From: an uncultured bacterium
GTDB lineage: Bacteria; Margulisbacteria; WOR-1; CAVSGV01
Direction: 5' to 3'
Assembly (NCBI GenBank): GCA_963699255.1
Contig: OY969425.1
Location: forward strand, 1 to 32,000
Length of the DNA: 32,000 bases
Positions 8,567 to 17,171 of this stretch are shown here, one piece after another. The notes under the pieces were generated by a model. The model searched no databases, had not been told where the DNA came from, and was given only the letters and a program-made list of their open reading frames with translations. The translations under genes were made by a program, and so were the position numbers. The stretch's first letter is position 1. Each line of letters opens with the position of its first letter.

Positions 8567-11269
8567 ATGATGATGAATGTTTCAAAAATGACTTTAGGGA
8601 CAAGACAACCGGGTTTGAACCATCCTGTCAGTTATCGGGGGAGGATCCTTTCGCTAATTTCTCCTGAATATGCAATTCACCCGGATTCAGAAAAAATTGG
8701 AAAGATCATACATAATATAGCCCTCTGGCACGCAAGTATCGGAATAAGGACAAATGTTATAATCCCGTATTCCAGTAAACTTGATAACATTAATTGGGAC
8801 CAGATCACATATAACCATCCGCATAATTTCTGCTATAAGGAATATGAGGGCATTCCTGTTTTCGCGATCGGGAAAGACAAGCCTTTTTCTAATGTAATTC
8901 CGCCTAAAGAAACCGGGTATGCCGATCTGATCCATTTTGGGGACGCATTATTATATTTTATGAATCTGAACGACTACAGCAATCATCCAACGGCCTTATT
9001 GCATTTCTTTGATTATCCCATGGGGATCGCCATGGACTACATCAGCAAACAACTTAAAGGGAACCCAATTGCGAGTAATATGATCTTTTCACCAATGGAT
9101 CCGCAAAGAAACTTTCATAAATACAACATGGGAGGAATGGGAGTCGGCATGGAAAAAGTGGATGGGCTCGAAATGGGCGCTAATGTTGCGCATAGCGTCA
9201 TGTTCTGGTCGGATAAGTTTTACAAGGAGCTTCAAGGTAGTCATATGTTCTACGAATTCCTTAGGGTAACTGGCGACAAAGCGGTTAAGTTGCCCGGTAG
9301 CTGGCAGCCTAATGTATTGGATAATATCTCGGAAAAAACATTAAGAGAGATGCAGGAAGTATATATGGGCACGTTATATAAAAAAGGGATAGATAGGTCA
9401 ATACATTTTATGACTGAACCGGACACGAAAATGTTCATGGACAAGGTTTACTACTTCATTCCCGAACCCTCAGACATAGCGAAACCTTCCAGAAAAATAG
9501 TGCTCAAAGATGCTTTAAGGCATGTCGCAAGTGACCTGGACAATATAATTGTCGGTGGACTCAGAGGAGTGAAGATACTTGGCGGAGGAAGGGACAAGGA
9601 TGTGTTCTACGATTACTGGGAGAATCTGGGAGGTTTAACCGCTCTTCTGGAACAGGTCATAGTGGATAACCGGGGGAGAGCGGACGTTGATGTAAAGGGA
9701 GCAAGATACCTTCTTTTGGCAGATGCGGGAGATTTTAAAAGAGGCGGGGTAATGGCCCAGGCGCTAGGAATTGAAGCTCTAAAAAGTTTGACGCCGGAAG
9801 GGGAGAACACACTTGGCATTAATTGTATCAAACAGGCTCCGATCTTTTTCCGTCAGCTGCCTGATCACGGGAAGGGGTGGATAGTTTTTTCCGCTTCGGA
9901 CAATAAATGGCTGCCGGATGGTTCGCCAAAAACGGGGAAAAAATATTTATGGGAGTCAAAGTCCAAGATAATCCTTACCGGGAAGCCGGCCGCCAATGTG
10001 GAGGCTGTAAAAGGCCTGGGTTGTTGGGTCGCTGATGAAGCCGGAAAGATCCAATTGTTCGCGGAGAAAGCTTCGCCGGATGTGGTTAAAAACGCCTTGG
10101 ATAACCTGGGATTGGCAGAGGAAGATATAAACTTGAACCCTTTCGTTTTCGCGATCAAATACGATATTGCTGAAAAAATAGTGAACTTATACAAGGATAC
10201 GCCATGCAAGAAGGACGGAAAAGCTTTTGTGACCACGTATCCCCTGGATATTTCGAGCCATTTTATTTTCCCGACAACGCTTAAAAAGGGGGAATGGCAA
10301 AGGATATACGAGATATTACAGCAGGTCAGAAAAGGCAAGGTGGCTGATGAGGTTTATGATGAAGCTACCGAGAACGGGTTAAATCTGGTCGCGATAGCGA
10401 AAGGGATGAAAAAGTTTGAAAAAGAGAGGATAGGGCAGGTATTTGATAATCTGGAGGATTGGATGATGATATATGAGATGGCGCAGAAAATAAAACTTGA
10501 TGCAAATGATATCGCGGGAGCAAGCATCGGGCCGAATTGCCAGTGGAATGATTACGGGACCCTTGAAGAAATGATCGAAAAGATGTGGATGGCGGCTTTT
10601 GATAACAAGGAGCAGGTCAGATCTGTCGCAAGAAGAAGAACAGGGTTTCCTGAGGACAACAACGATATGAGCGTTGATATGGAACAAATCAAAACGTATG
10701 TAACATTCATTGATCCAGTAACCAATGATGTCATGGATCTCGAGGACGGGGAAATTCCGGAAAAGGTGATAATACAAGATGTTAATTTTGATCATCCGGT
10801 CCAGATCGTTGCCGATAGAGTGATATTGCATGATGTTGTACTGGGAGAGGGAGTGAAAAGGATACCGGCGAATACCATCATTTCCAGAGGGGAAATAGAT
10901 GAGCTGGAAGAAGCTCCCGACCAACCCAAAAGAATATCGCATCAGCCGGCGCTAATATTCAATTGTCATAAAAAGGGCAAGGTCATTGTTTACAGAGGCA
11001 TGGCACACGCATCCCTTAGTCTTGCGTATGTTGATAATGCGGATCTTATCGCACAGGGTTTACATGCATCAGAAACGCCGCTGGCGTTAAGCCCCATATA
11101 TTTCGATCTTAAGGAGGAAATCTTGAAACAGAACAATTATCAACTGTATCCCGGCATTAATCTGCTTGAACCGGGACTGAACATGCTGGATCAGTCGTTC
11201 ATCATAGAAGATGAAAATGGCAAGCCGAAGCTTTTGGGCCTGAACTTTTTCCAGGTCAAGAGCGATTGA
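8567..11269 (+). CDS. Large hypothetical protein, paralog 1 (900 aa): degenerate GT5 glycogen/starch-synthase-like N-domain + unknown middle + hexapeptide-like C-terminal region
   Basis: N-terminal blocks align with GlgA motifs. ILSLISPEYAIHPDSEKIGKIIHNIA..NVIIPYS matches xxxVSSExxPxxKTGGLxDVxxxL..V..P.Y. LLHFFDYPMG matches H.HDW. GANVAHSVMFWSDKFYKEL matches the AD.V.TVS.tYa.E block. The KxGGL loop is replaced by KIGK. Later Gly-rich motifs are ILGGGRD and LLLADAGDFKRGG. About aa 730-775 has 6-residue periodicity (VIIQDV NFDHPV QIVADR VILHDV VLGEGV). Three consecutive ATGs (8567/8570/8573) leave the exact start ambiguous. Confidence 0.8.
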   Translation: MMMNVSKMTLGTRQPGLNHPVSYRGRILSLISPEYAIHPDSEKIGKIIHNIALWHASIGIRTNVIIPYSSKLDNINWDQITYNHPHNFCYKEYEGIPVFAIGKDKPFSNVIPPKETGYADLIHFGDALLYFMNLNDYSNHPTALLHFFDYPMGIAMDYISKQLKGNPIASNMIFSPMDPQRNFHKYNMGGMGVGMEKVDGLEMGANVAHSVMFWSDKFYKELQGSHMFYEFLRVTGDKAVKLPGSWQPNVLDNISEKTLREMQEVYMGTLYKKGIDRSIHFMTEPDTKMFMDKVYYFIPEPSDIAKPSRKIVLKDALRHVASDLDNIIVGGLRGVKILGGGRDKDVFYDYWENLGGLTALLEQVIVDNRGRADVDVKGARYLLLADAGDFKRGGVMAQALGIEALKSLTPEGENTLGINCIKQAPIFFRQLPDHGKGWIVFSASDNKWLPDGSPKTGKKYLWESKSKIILTGKPAANVEAVKGLGCWVADEAGKIQLFAEKASPDVVKNALDNLGLAEEDINLNPFVFAIKYDIAEKIVNLYKDTPCKKDGKAFVTTYPLDISSHFIFPTTLKKGEWQRIYEILQQVRKGKVADEVYDEATENGLNLVAIAKGMKKFEKERIGQVFDNLEDWMMIYEMAQKIKLDANDIAGASIGPNCQWNDYGTLEEMIEKMWMAAFDNKEQVRSVARRRTGFPEDNNDMSVDMEQIKTYVTFIDPVTNDVMDLEDGEIPEKVIIQDVNFDHPVQIVADRVILHDVVLGEGVKRIPANTIISRGEIDELEEAPDQPKRISHQPALIFNCHKKGKVIVYRGMAHASLSLAYVDNADLIAQGLHASETPLALSPIYFDLKEEILKQNNYQLYPGINLLEPGLNMLDQSFIIEDENGKPKLLGLNFFQVKSD

Positions 11270-11334
11270 TGCTGTTTAAAGGAAATGCGGAATTTTAAGA
11301 TCCGGAGTTTGTCAAGTTTTTAGGAGGACTTATC

Positions 11335-14031
11335 ATGGACAGGCTAACAAGGACATCAGGAACAATGAGCCATCCTATCAGTTATCAGGGAAGGACCGTC
11401 TGGCTCGTTTCTCCCGAGCACATTATCCATCCGGGATGCGGGAAAATGGGGAAGATCGTACATGAGATAGCTCTGTCGAACACAAAAGCCGGAACAAATA
11501 CCAATATAATAATTCCATATTCGGAGAAACTGGCTGATGTTAAATGGGACGTAAGTACGCGTAATTATACTCATAATTTTTGCTTTAGGAAGGTTGATAA
11601 TATTAGCATTTTCGCGGTCGGACGCGACCAGCCCTGGTCCGAGGTGGTGCCGGCTCAAGATAAATACTACGAGTATGTACAATTTGCGGACGCGCTGAAT
11701 TATTTTATTCATCTGCACGCTTTTACGCAAGATCCCGCCGCGATCATGCATTTCTTTGATTATCCCATGGGTTTTGCTATGAGCAATCTTAAGAGCACTC
11801 TAAGATATAATGCGAACAATTCTGATCTGATGAACAATATAATATTTTCGCCAATGGATCCGCTTAATTTTAACAAACGATATAATACAGGCGACCTTTA
11901 TAACATAGACGGACTTGAATCGGGCGCTAACGCGGCGCATAAAGTGATGTTCTGGTCAGAGAAATTCTACGATGATATCAAACGAAGCAATAGGTTCCCG
12001 GAGTTTTTAAGCGCGGCCAGCGGCAAAGAGGATATTATGCCCGGCGGCTGGCAGCCCAGAATGACGGAAACGATCCCTCAGGTAACGATACGGGGGATGC
12101 GGGCGGGGTACATGGACACATTGTATAAAAGCGGGCTTGATCGCTCGTTCCATTTTATGGCAAGACCAGGCGTAAAAATGGACAAAGTTTTCTATTTCAT
12201 TCCTGAACCATCCGATACAGGGAAACCTTCCAGGAAATCTGTGATCAGAAAGTCGTTAAGACGCGTCGAGAATGAAATGGATAGTATAGTAAAAAATGGC
12301 ATAGACGGAATTAAGATGCTTGGCGGAGGAAGGGACAATGTGTTCTACGATTACTGGGGGAACCTGGGGGGATTGGTCGCTTTTCTTGAGCAAATGATGA
12401 TTGAGAACACGACCAAAACGGAAGATGAAATAAAAAATGCCAGATATCTTTTCATGGCTGATGCCGGGGATTTTAAGAGGGGCGGCGGAATTGCCCAGGC
12501 AAAAGGAGTGGAAGCTCTAAAAAGCATGACGCCGGAAGGGGATCGCACGCTCGGAATTAACTGCATTTTGCAGGCCCCCGTCTTTTTCCGGCAGCTGCCG
12601 GATGACGGAAAAGGATGGATAGTATACACGGCTTCGGACAATAAATGGATCCCCGACGGCACGCCAAGAACGGGCAATAATTATTTGTGGGAATCAAACG
12701 CTAAAATTATCATCAGCGGGCGGCCGGCCGCAAATGTGGAAGCGGTAAGAGGACTGGGTTGTTGGATCACCGATAAATTCGGCCAGGTCATATTTTTTGC
12801 CGAGAAAGCATCGCCGGAGGTGATCAGACACACCTTAAATAAGTTAGGCCTGAAGGAAGAAGATCTGTGCCTGAACACGTTCGTGTGGGCCATGAAATAC
12901 GATCTTGCCAAAAAGATAGTGGATCTATATAAGAATAAAAAATGCAAGAAGATCATGAAGGGCAAACAAGAAGCAAAATGTTTTGTGACCACGTATCCTA
13001 TGGACATTTCAACTCATTTTATCTTCCCGACAACTCTCACCCGGGCAGAATGGGAAAAAACATACGAAATATTGCAGTATGTTAGAGCGAAAAAGGATAC
13101 CTCCAAATTCAGCAATGAATTTACCGGACGCGGGCTAAGCCTGGTTGAGGTGGCGAAACAAATGAAAGGATTTGAAAAAGAGGGGCCGGGCACTGATCAG
13201 GTCTTTAATGATCTGGATGATTGGATGACCATATATGATATGGCGAGCATTATTAACGAGGATGCAAACGGCATAGATGGAGCGAATATCGGGAAGAATT
13301 GCCTGTGGAACGATTTCGGAGACCTTAAGAGTATGGTTAATGAAATGTATTTTGAAAATTTTTCAGACAATGAATGGGCCAGAAAAGCCGAAAGAACGAG
13401 ATCGGGATACCCTCTGGATAAGAACACTCAGAATGTTGACATGAATGAGATCAGGGACTATGTGAAATTCATAGACCCGGAATCCGGCAAGCCTATGCAG
13501 CTTGCCGAGGGGGAGATACCTGAAAAGGTGATATTAAATAATGTGAGCTTTGATCATCCTGTTGAAATTGTCGCTGACAGGGTAATATTGGATGATGTAA
13601 AGCTTGGGAAAGGGGTCACAAAAATACCGGCAAATACTATCATTGCCAAAGGAGAAATAGAGGATCTGGAAGAAGCTCCAGATCAGTCCGAAACACTTTC
13701 GAAGATGCCGGCATTGATATTCAATTGCCATAAAAAAGGCAAAGTACTTGTTTATAGGGGCATGGCACATGCGTCTCTTAGCCTTGAATATGTCGACCAA
13801 AAAGATCTCAACGAGCAGGGTTTATCACCCTCTGACACGCCACTGACATTAACTCCCATCCTTTTCAATTTAAAAGCACCCATTAATGAGCAAGACGACT
13901 ATATACTGTACCCGGGAATTAATCTGCTTGAACCAGAATTTAGCATGTTAGAGCAGTCGTTCATCATAGAAGATGAAAATGGCAAGCCGAAGCTATTGGG
14001 CCTGACCTTTTTCCAGGTTAAGGGCGACTGA
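11335..14031 (+). CDS. Large hypothetical protein, paralog 2 (898 aa), same architecture as 8567-11269
   Basis: Collinear with paralog 1 over its full length, roughly 55-65% aa identity by eye. Shared motifs include VSPEHIIHPGCGKMGKIVHEIA, HFFDYPMG, MLGGGRD, ADAGDFKRGG and the C-terminus SFIIEDENGKPKLLGL. Strong SD AGGAGG 7 nt before the ATG. No promoter motif in the 65-nt spacer, so it is probably co-transcribed. Confidence 0.85.
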   Translation: MDRLTRTSGTMSHPISYQGRTVWLVSPEHIIHPGCGKMGKIVHEIALSNTKAGTNTNIIIPYSEKLADVKWDVSTRNYTHNFCFRKVDNISIFAVGRDQPWSEVVPAQDKYYEYVQFADALNYFIHLHAFTQDPAAIMHFFDYPMGFAMSNLKSTLRYNANNSDLMNNIIFSPMDPLNFNKRYNTGDLYNIDGLESGANAAHKVMFWSEKFYDDIKRSNRFPEFLSAASGKEDIMPGGWQPRMTETIPQVTIRGMRAGYMDTLYKSGLDRSFHFMARPGVKMDKVFYFIPEPSDTGKPSRKSVIRKSLRRVENEMDSIVKNGIDGIKMLGGGRDNVFYDYWGNLGGLVAFLEQMMIENTTKTEDEIKNARYLFMADAGDFKRGGGIAQAKGVEALKSMTPEGDRTLGINCILQAPVFFRQLPDDGKGWIVYTASDNKWIPDGTPRTGNNYLWESNAKIIISGRPAANVEAVRGLGCWITDKFGQVIFFAEKASPEVIRHTLNKLGLKEEDLCLNTFVWAMKYDLAKKIVDLYKNKKCKKIMKGKQEAKCFVTTYPMDISTHFIFPTTLTRAEWEKTYEILQYVRAKKDTSKFSNEFTGRGLSLVEVAKQMKGFEKEGPGTDQVFNDLDDWMTIYDMASIINEDANGIDGANIGKNCLWNDFGDLKSMVNEMYFENFSDNEWARKAERTRSGYPLDKNTQNVDMNEIRDYVKFIDPESGKPMQLAEGEIPEKVILNNVSFDHPVEIVADRVILDDVKLGKGVTKIPANTIIAKGEIEDLEEAPDQSETLSKMPALIFNCHKKGKVLVYRGMAHASLSLEYVDQKDLNEQGLSPSDTPLTLTPILFNLKAPINEQDDYILYPGINLLEPEFSMLEQSFIIEDENGKPKLLGLTFFQVKGD

Positions 14032-14106
14032 TGTTTTATATTCAATGTTTTCAAAGCCAAGAGAATAGTTTTACGGGTATTTTGAATATTAACGAGATAA
14101 CAAGTT

Positions 14107-17100
14107 ATGGTAGAACGCACTAGGGACATAAGCCATCTGCCTGTAGCGCGGTTCAATTCGCGTTCATGCGGGATCACGTCAAAAATACCCTCAATTAAAG
14201 CCGGCCGTGATGTCGTATCGTCGACTAAAAGAATATTGATCATGTTCAAGCCGGATTGTCTGGCGTACGGAATGGTCCCGGAGACGCTCCAGCTTTTAAA
14301 GAAAGGGCTTGACCGCGAAAAGATAGATGCCCGTTTTGCAGGTCTGGTCCTCCTTAATTTAACGCCTCAGCTGACGGACAGGATATATGCGGAACATGTT
14401 GGAAAGGATTGGTACGAAGGACTATTCAAACCATTCATGACCGCAAAGCACCCGAACGAAAAAGCTGTTCGTGCCCCGATCATCGCGGCAATGCTGGAAG
14501 TAAGAAATGACGCCAGCCGGGATGTTGTCAGCGTGATAAGGAAGAACGTCATCGGCCCCACCGATGTAGAAGAGTACGAAAATAAAGATGAAATAAAGGA
14601 CACATTAAGATACAAACTGATACTGGAAAAAGGATTGTTAACATGGCCGTTCCCGGAGGATCCCAAAGGCCCGAATTACAACAGGATACATTGTTCTGCA
14701 AATGAAAAAATCGCGGGAGATGAACTTTACCCGGTTTTTGGCATAAAAGGCATTTTGTCCAAACTTTATGAACCGTCCGCGGTAAAGGATGTTCTGTCAG
14801 GCTGGAGCCAGCAGGGTTATGCCGATGTCCCCGGCGTGATCAGGATACCGATTCATGAGTATCTTGGGGCTGATCCGGTGATCTTTTCCAGAAAGATCAT
14901 CAGGGCCTTCAGTGACAATGGATGCGTATATAAGGACTTTGATGAGATCAAGGCTGAACAATTGATAAGGTCATTGAATGACATGCGGGAGATGATCCAG
15001 GGCCAGGAGTTTTTTTTTAACAAGGTAACCTCTTCGATCGACCCCACAGATCCCATAAATCCTTTAAAACCAAGAGTTGTAGCAATATTTGGCGCCCCCG
15101 GAAGCGGAAAAACCACCATTTCAGACATATTAAAGAATAAAGGCGTCGTTTCCATTCTGCCTTTGACCGTGAATGAAGAAAGAGAAAAAAGCGGAGCGAC
15201 GGAATATGAGCTCAGATCAAAGACCGAAATATTGCGGATGATCCGGGAGAATGAATTCGTCGGATGGGAAATCCTTGCCGGCAATTATTATGGAATATCA
15301 AAACGGACCGCGGAAATGATCCTGAGATCTTCCGGCAAAACTTTCGCTCTGCTGGCCGGGCCAACAATTGTTTATCCATTAAGGGAAGCGCTCAAGGGGA
15401 AAGCGGACTTTTATCAGGTGATGTTCAAAGTGCCCCCGAATGACCTTGCTTCAAGGATCACAAAACGCGCGACCGTCCGGGACAGGGAAAGGGGCATCGC
15501 TTTATCCCTTGAGACTCAAAAATGGATGGAGGAAAGTTTCGGGAATTTCGACCTCATAACGGAAAACCCGAACAGCGAAAGTGAAACGGCGGCGGCTCAA
15601 AAGCTGATCGATTTTCTGGCCAAGCCCCAAAACGTAGAATTCGACCGCAAAAAAGAAGCTTCAACTCTGGCGGCTACTTATCCATATAATGCCGTGGAAA
15701 TGTTCAAGGACCAGAGACAGAGTTTCAGTAATAAGGATATTGTAACCCTTGAAAAACAAGTCATGTCCCTTGTGGGGACTACAATTGAAGCTATGTACCG
15801 CGCGGTCAGGAGCTCGCTTCCCGCGGAGACGGACCTGGGAGTCGAATTCAATGAATTTTTGTCCGGCTTGATATTGCATACCGCAAAAGTACTGGTCGCC
15901 GGTATTCAGCTTAGATCGTTCCAATATGAAGATATTACCGCGAGCCCGATCAAGTTCGGCAGGATAGGACTGTGCAGCTCAAAAGAAAGGGCGGATAAAC
16001 TTTATAAAAAGCTCAAGGATATCCAGAACAGGATGCCTCTTGAAGAAGAAATGCTTTTTGATCTTGTTCATGATATCGGGAAAATGGAGAACATCATACA
16101 ACATCCCGAAAAAGGTTATGAAATAGCGAAAAGGCTGAAAATGTTCGAAGGGTGGGGGGTTGAAGGGATAGACACCGATGTCGATCTTATTGCCATAAAA
16201 TGCTCGCATCTTATCGGCTCGTATATGTTGCCGGATAATTCGCTTATTGCCGTGGCAGATGAACTTTCCCATAAGGATGTGAAGAGCGTTCTTGCCAGGA
16301 AGGACGGGAGCGTGGACATGGAACGCATGAAAAACTTCCTGGAAAAGATATGTTTTTTCCCGTCCAAGGACGCATCCGGATACAAGGATGGATGGTTGTT
16401 AGTTCTGTTCTCTGAAGGGTATTTTGCCTTTGGAGAATGGCTTTATTCCGTATTCAGCAGGAATTCGGATAATTACGATAACGCGATAGCTGAAATTAAA
16501 AAGAGCAGCGCCGGGTCTAATATGGACAGGATAGCAAAGTGCGTTGCCATGGAGGATGCGGATGCCGATGTCAACGGGCGAACATTCGAATATTACAGGG
16601 ACAATATCGTAATGCCGAACGTCCGGGCCTGCGTTGATGAATGGGTATTCACGCAAAAAGACTGGGATCTGGTCGTGGGGAACCTCCATCATATAAGTAA
16701 ACTCCGTTATTCAACGAACCTGATATGCGATTCCCTGCAGTGGATAGGGGCAAAAGGCGAAAAGATCGAGGACCTCAATAATTACAGGAATATGTTCAAG
16801 CTTTTCGTGATCATGGCTAAATCGCTCATCGCATTCTCAAAGGATCCATCGCGGCCCGGCGATTTTGAGTTCAGGTTCACATATGACGACGGCAAAGAGA
16901 TAATGGGCCCGAAGAATTGGGGGCCGGCAATGGACTTTTGTAATGACCAGCTGGATATTTCAACCGGCGATATTGAAAAAGTCGGCAACAGCATATCAAT
17001 CGTTCCCAAAGAAAAAAGCAAGCTGCCGAACGTGGAAATTACCGAAGAAATCGTGGATGGATGCAGGTTGATCTCCTTCAAGCTTAAAGGTTATTCAGGG

Positions 17101-17121
17101 CAAAATCCCGCTTCAAAATAG
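14107..17121 (+). CDS. Three-domain nucleotide-metabolism fusion (1004 aa): NDK-like + guanylate-kinase-like + HD phosphohydrolase domain + unknown C-terminal third
   Basis: NDK-like region, aa ~41-212: ILIMFKPD, IYAEHVGKDWYEGLFKPFMT, IGPTD, TLRYK, and NRIHCSANEKIAGDEL (compare N.IHGSDSvEsA.rEI; the phospho-His is retained). GMK-like region, aa ~322-505: FGAPGSGKTT P-loop, AGNYYGI (compare GNYYGT), VPPNDLASRITKR, DLITEN; but the SxTTRxxR GMP-binding segment reads PLTVNEER. HD region, aa ~585-715: LHTAKV ... LVHDIGK ... HPEKG. Weak SD, so the start is uncertain. Probably co-transcribed with the paralogs. Confidence 0.8.
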   Translation: MVERTRDISHLPVARFNSRSCGITSKIPSIKAGRDVVSSTKRILIMFKPDCLAYGMVPETLQLLKKGLDREKIDARFAGLVLLNLTPQLTDRIYAEHVGKDWYEGLFKPFMTAKHPNEKAVRAPIIAAMLEVRNDASRDVVSVIRKNVIGPTDVEEYENKDEIKDTLRYKLILEKGLLTWPFPEDPKGPNYNRIHCSANEKIAGDELYPVFGIKGILSKLYEPSAVKDVLSGWSQQGYADVPGVIRIPIHEYLGADPVIFSRKIIRAFSDNGCVYKDFDEIKAEQLIRSLNDMREMIQGQEFFFNKVTSSIDPTDPINPLKPRVVAIFGAPGSGKTTISDILKNKGVVSILPLTVNEEREKSGATEYELRSKTEILRMIRENEFVGWEILAGNYYGISKRTAEMILRSSGKTFALLAGPTIVYPLREALKGKADFYQVMFKVPPNDLASRITKRATVRDRERGIALSLETQKWMEESFGNFDLITENPNSESETAAAQKLIDFLAKPQNVEFDRKKEASTLAATYPYNAVEMFKDQRQSFSNKDIVTLEKQVMSLVGTTIEAMYRAVRSSLPAETDLGVEFNEFLSGLILHTAKVLVAGIQLRSFQYEDITASPIKFGRIGLCSSKERADKLYKKLKDIQNRMPLEEEMLFDLVHDIGKMENIIQHPEKGYEIAKRLKMFEGWGVEGIDTDVDLIAIKCSHLIGSYMLPDNSLIAVADELSHKDVKSVLARKDGSVDMERMKNFLEKICFFPSKDASGYKDGWLLVLFSEGYFAFGEWLYSVFSRNSDNYDNAIAEIKKSSAGSNMDRIAKCVAMEDADADVNGRTFEYYRDNIVMPNVRACVDEWVFTQKDWDLVVGNLHHISKLRYSTNLICDSLQWIGAKGEKIEDLNNYRNMFKLFVIMAKSLIAFSKDPSRPGDFEFRFTYDDGKEIMGPKNWGPAMDFCNDQLDISTGDIEKVGNSISIVPKEKSKLPNVEITEEIVDGCRLISFKLKGYSGQNPASK

Positions 17122-17130
17122 TCCTCAAAT

Positions 17131-17165
17131 TGAAATTTCCAGGAGTTTCATACGATAAATAAAGG
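17131..17165 (+). promoter_or_regulatory. Promoter-like motif copy (TGAAAT-N17-GATAAA)
   Basis: TGAAAT 17131-17136, 17 nt, GATAAA 17154-17159. Only 12 nt separate the -10-like box from the ATG at 17172, which implies a near-leaderless transcript. The motif fills the 50-nt gap after the previous stop. Confidence 0.5.
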
Positions 17166-17171
17166 AAGATT

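Noticed and set aside
5469-8603. Track ORFs overlapping leuB/leuD/leuC on the opposite strand or other frames (e.g. 5469-5843, 5861-6253, 7104-7538, 7286-7606, 7851-8135, 8145-8378, 8205-8603)
   Set aside because: They are shadow ORFs of GC-richer, well-supported leu genes. ORF 8205-8603(-) would also run through the leuC start and the divergent promoter region.
8687-17081. Minus-strand ORFs of 60-187 aa inside the three large + strand genes (e.g. 9865-10338, 10379-10942, 11356-11751, 14853-15284)
   Set aside because: They are antisense to long ORFs that have paralog-level or domain-level support. They have no start context and give Ser/Phe/Ile-rich nonsense-like translations.
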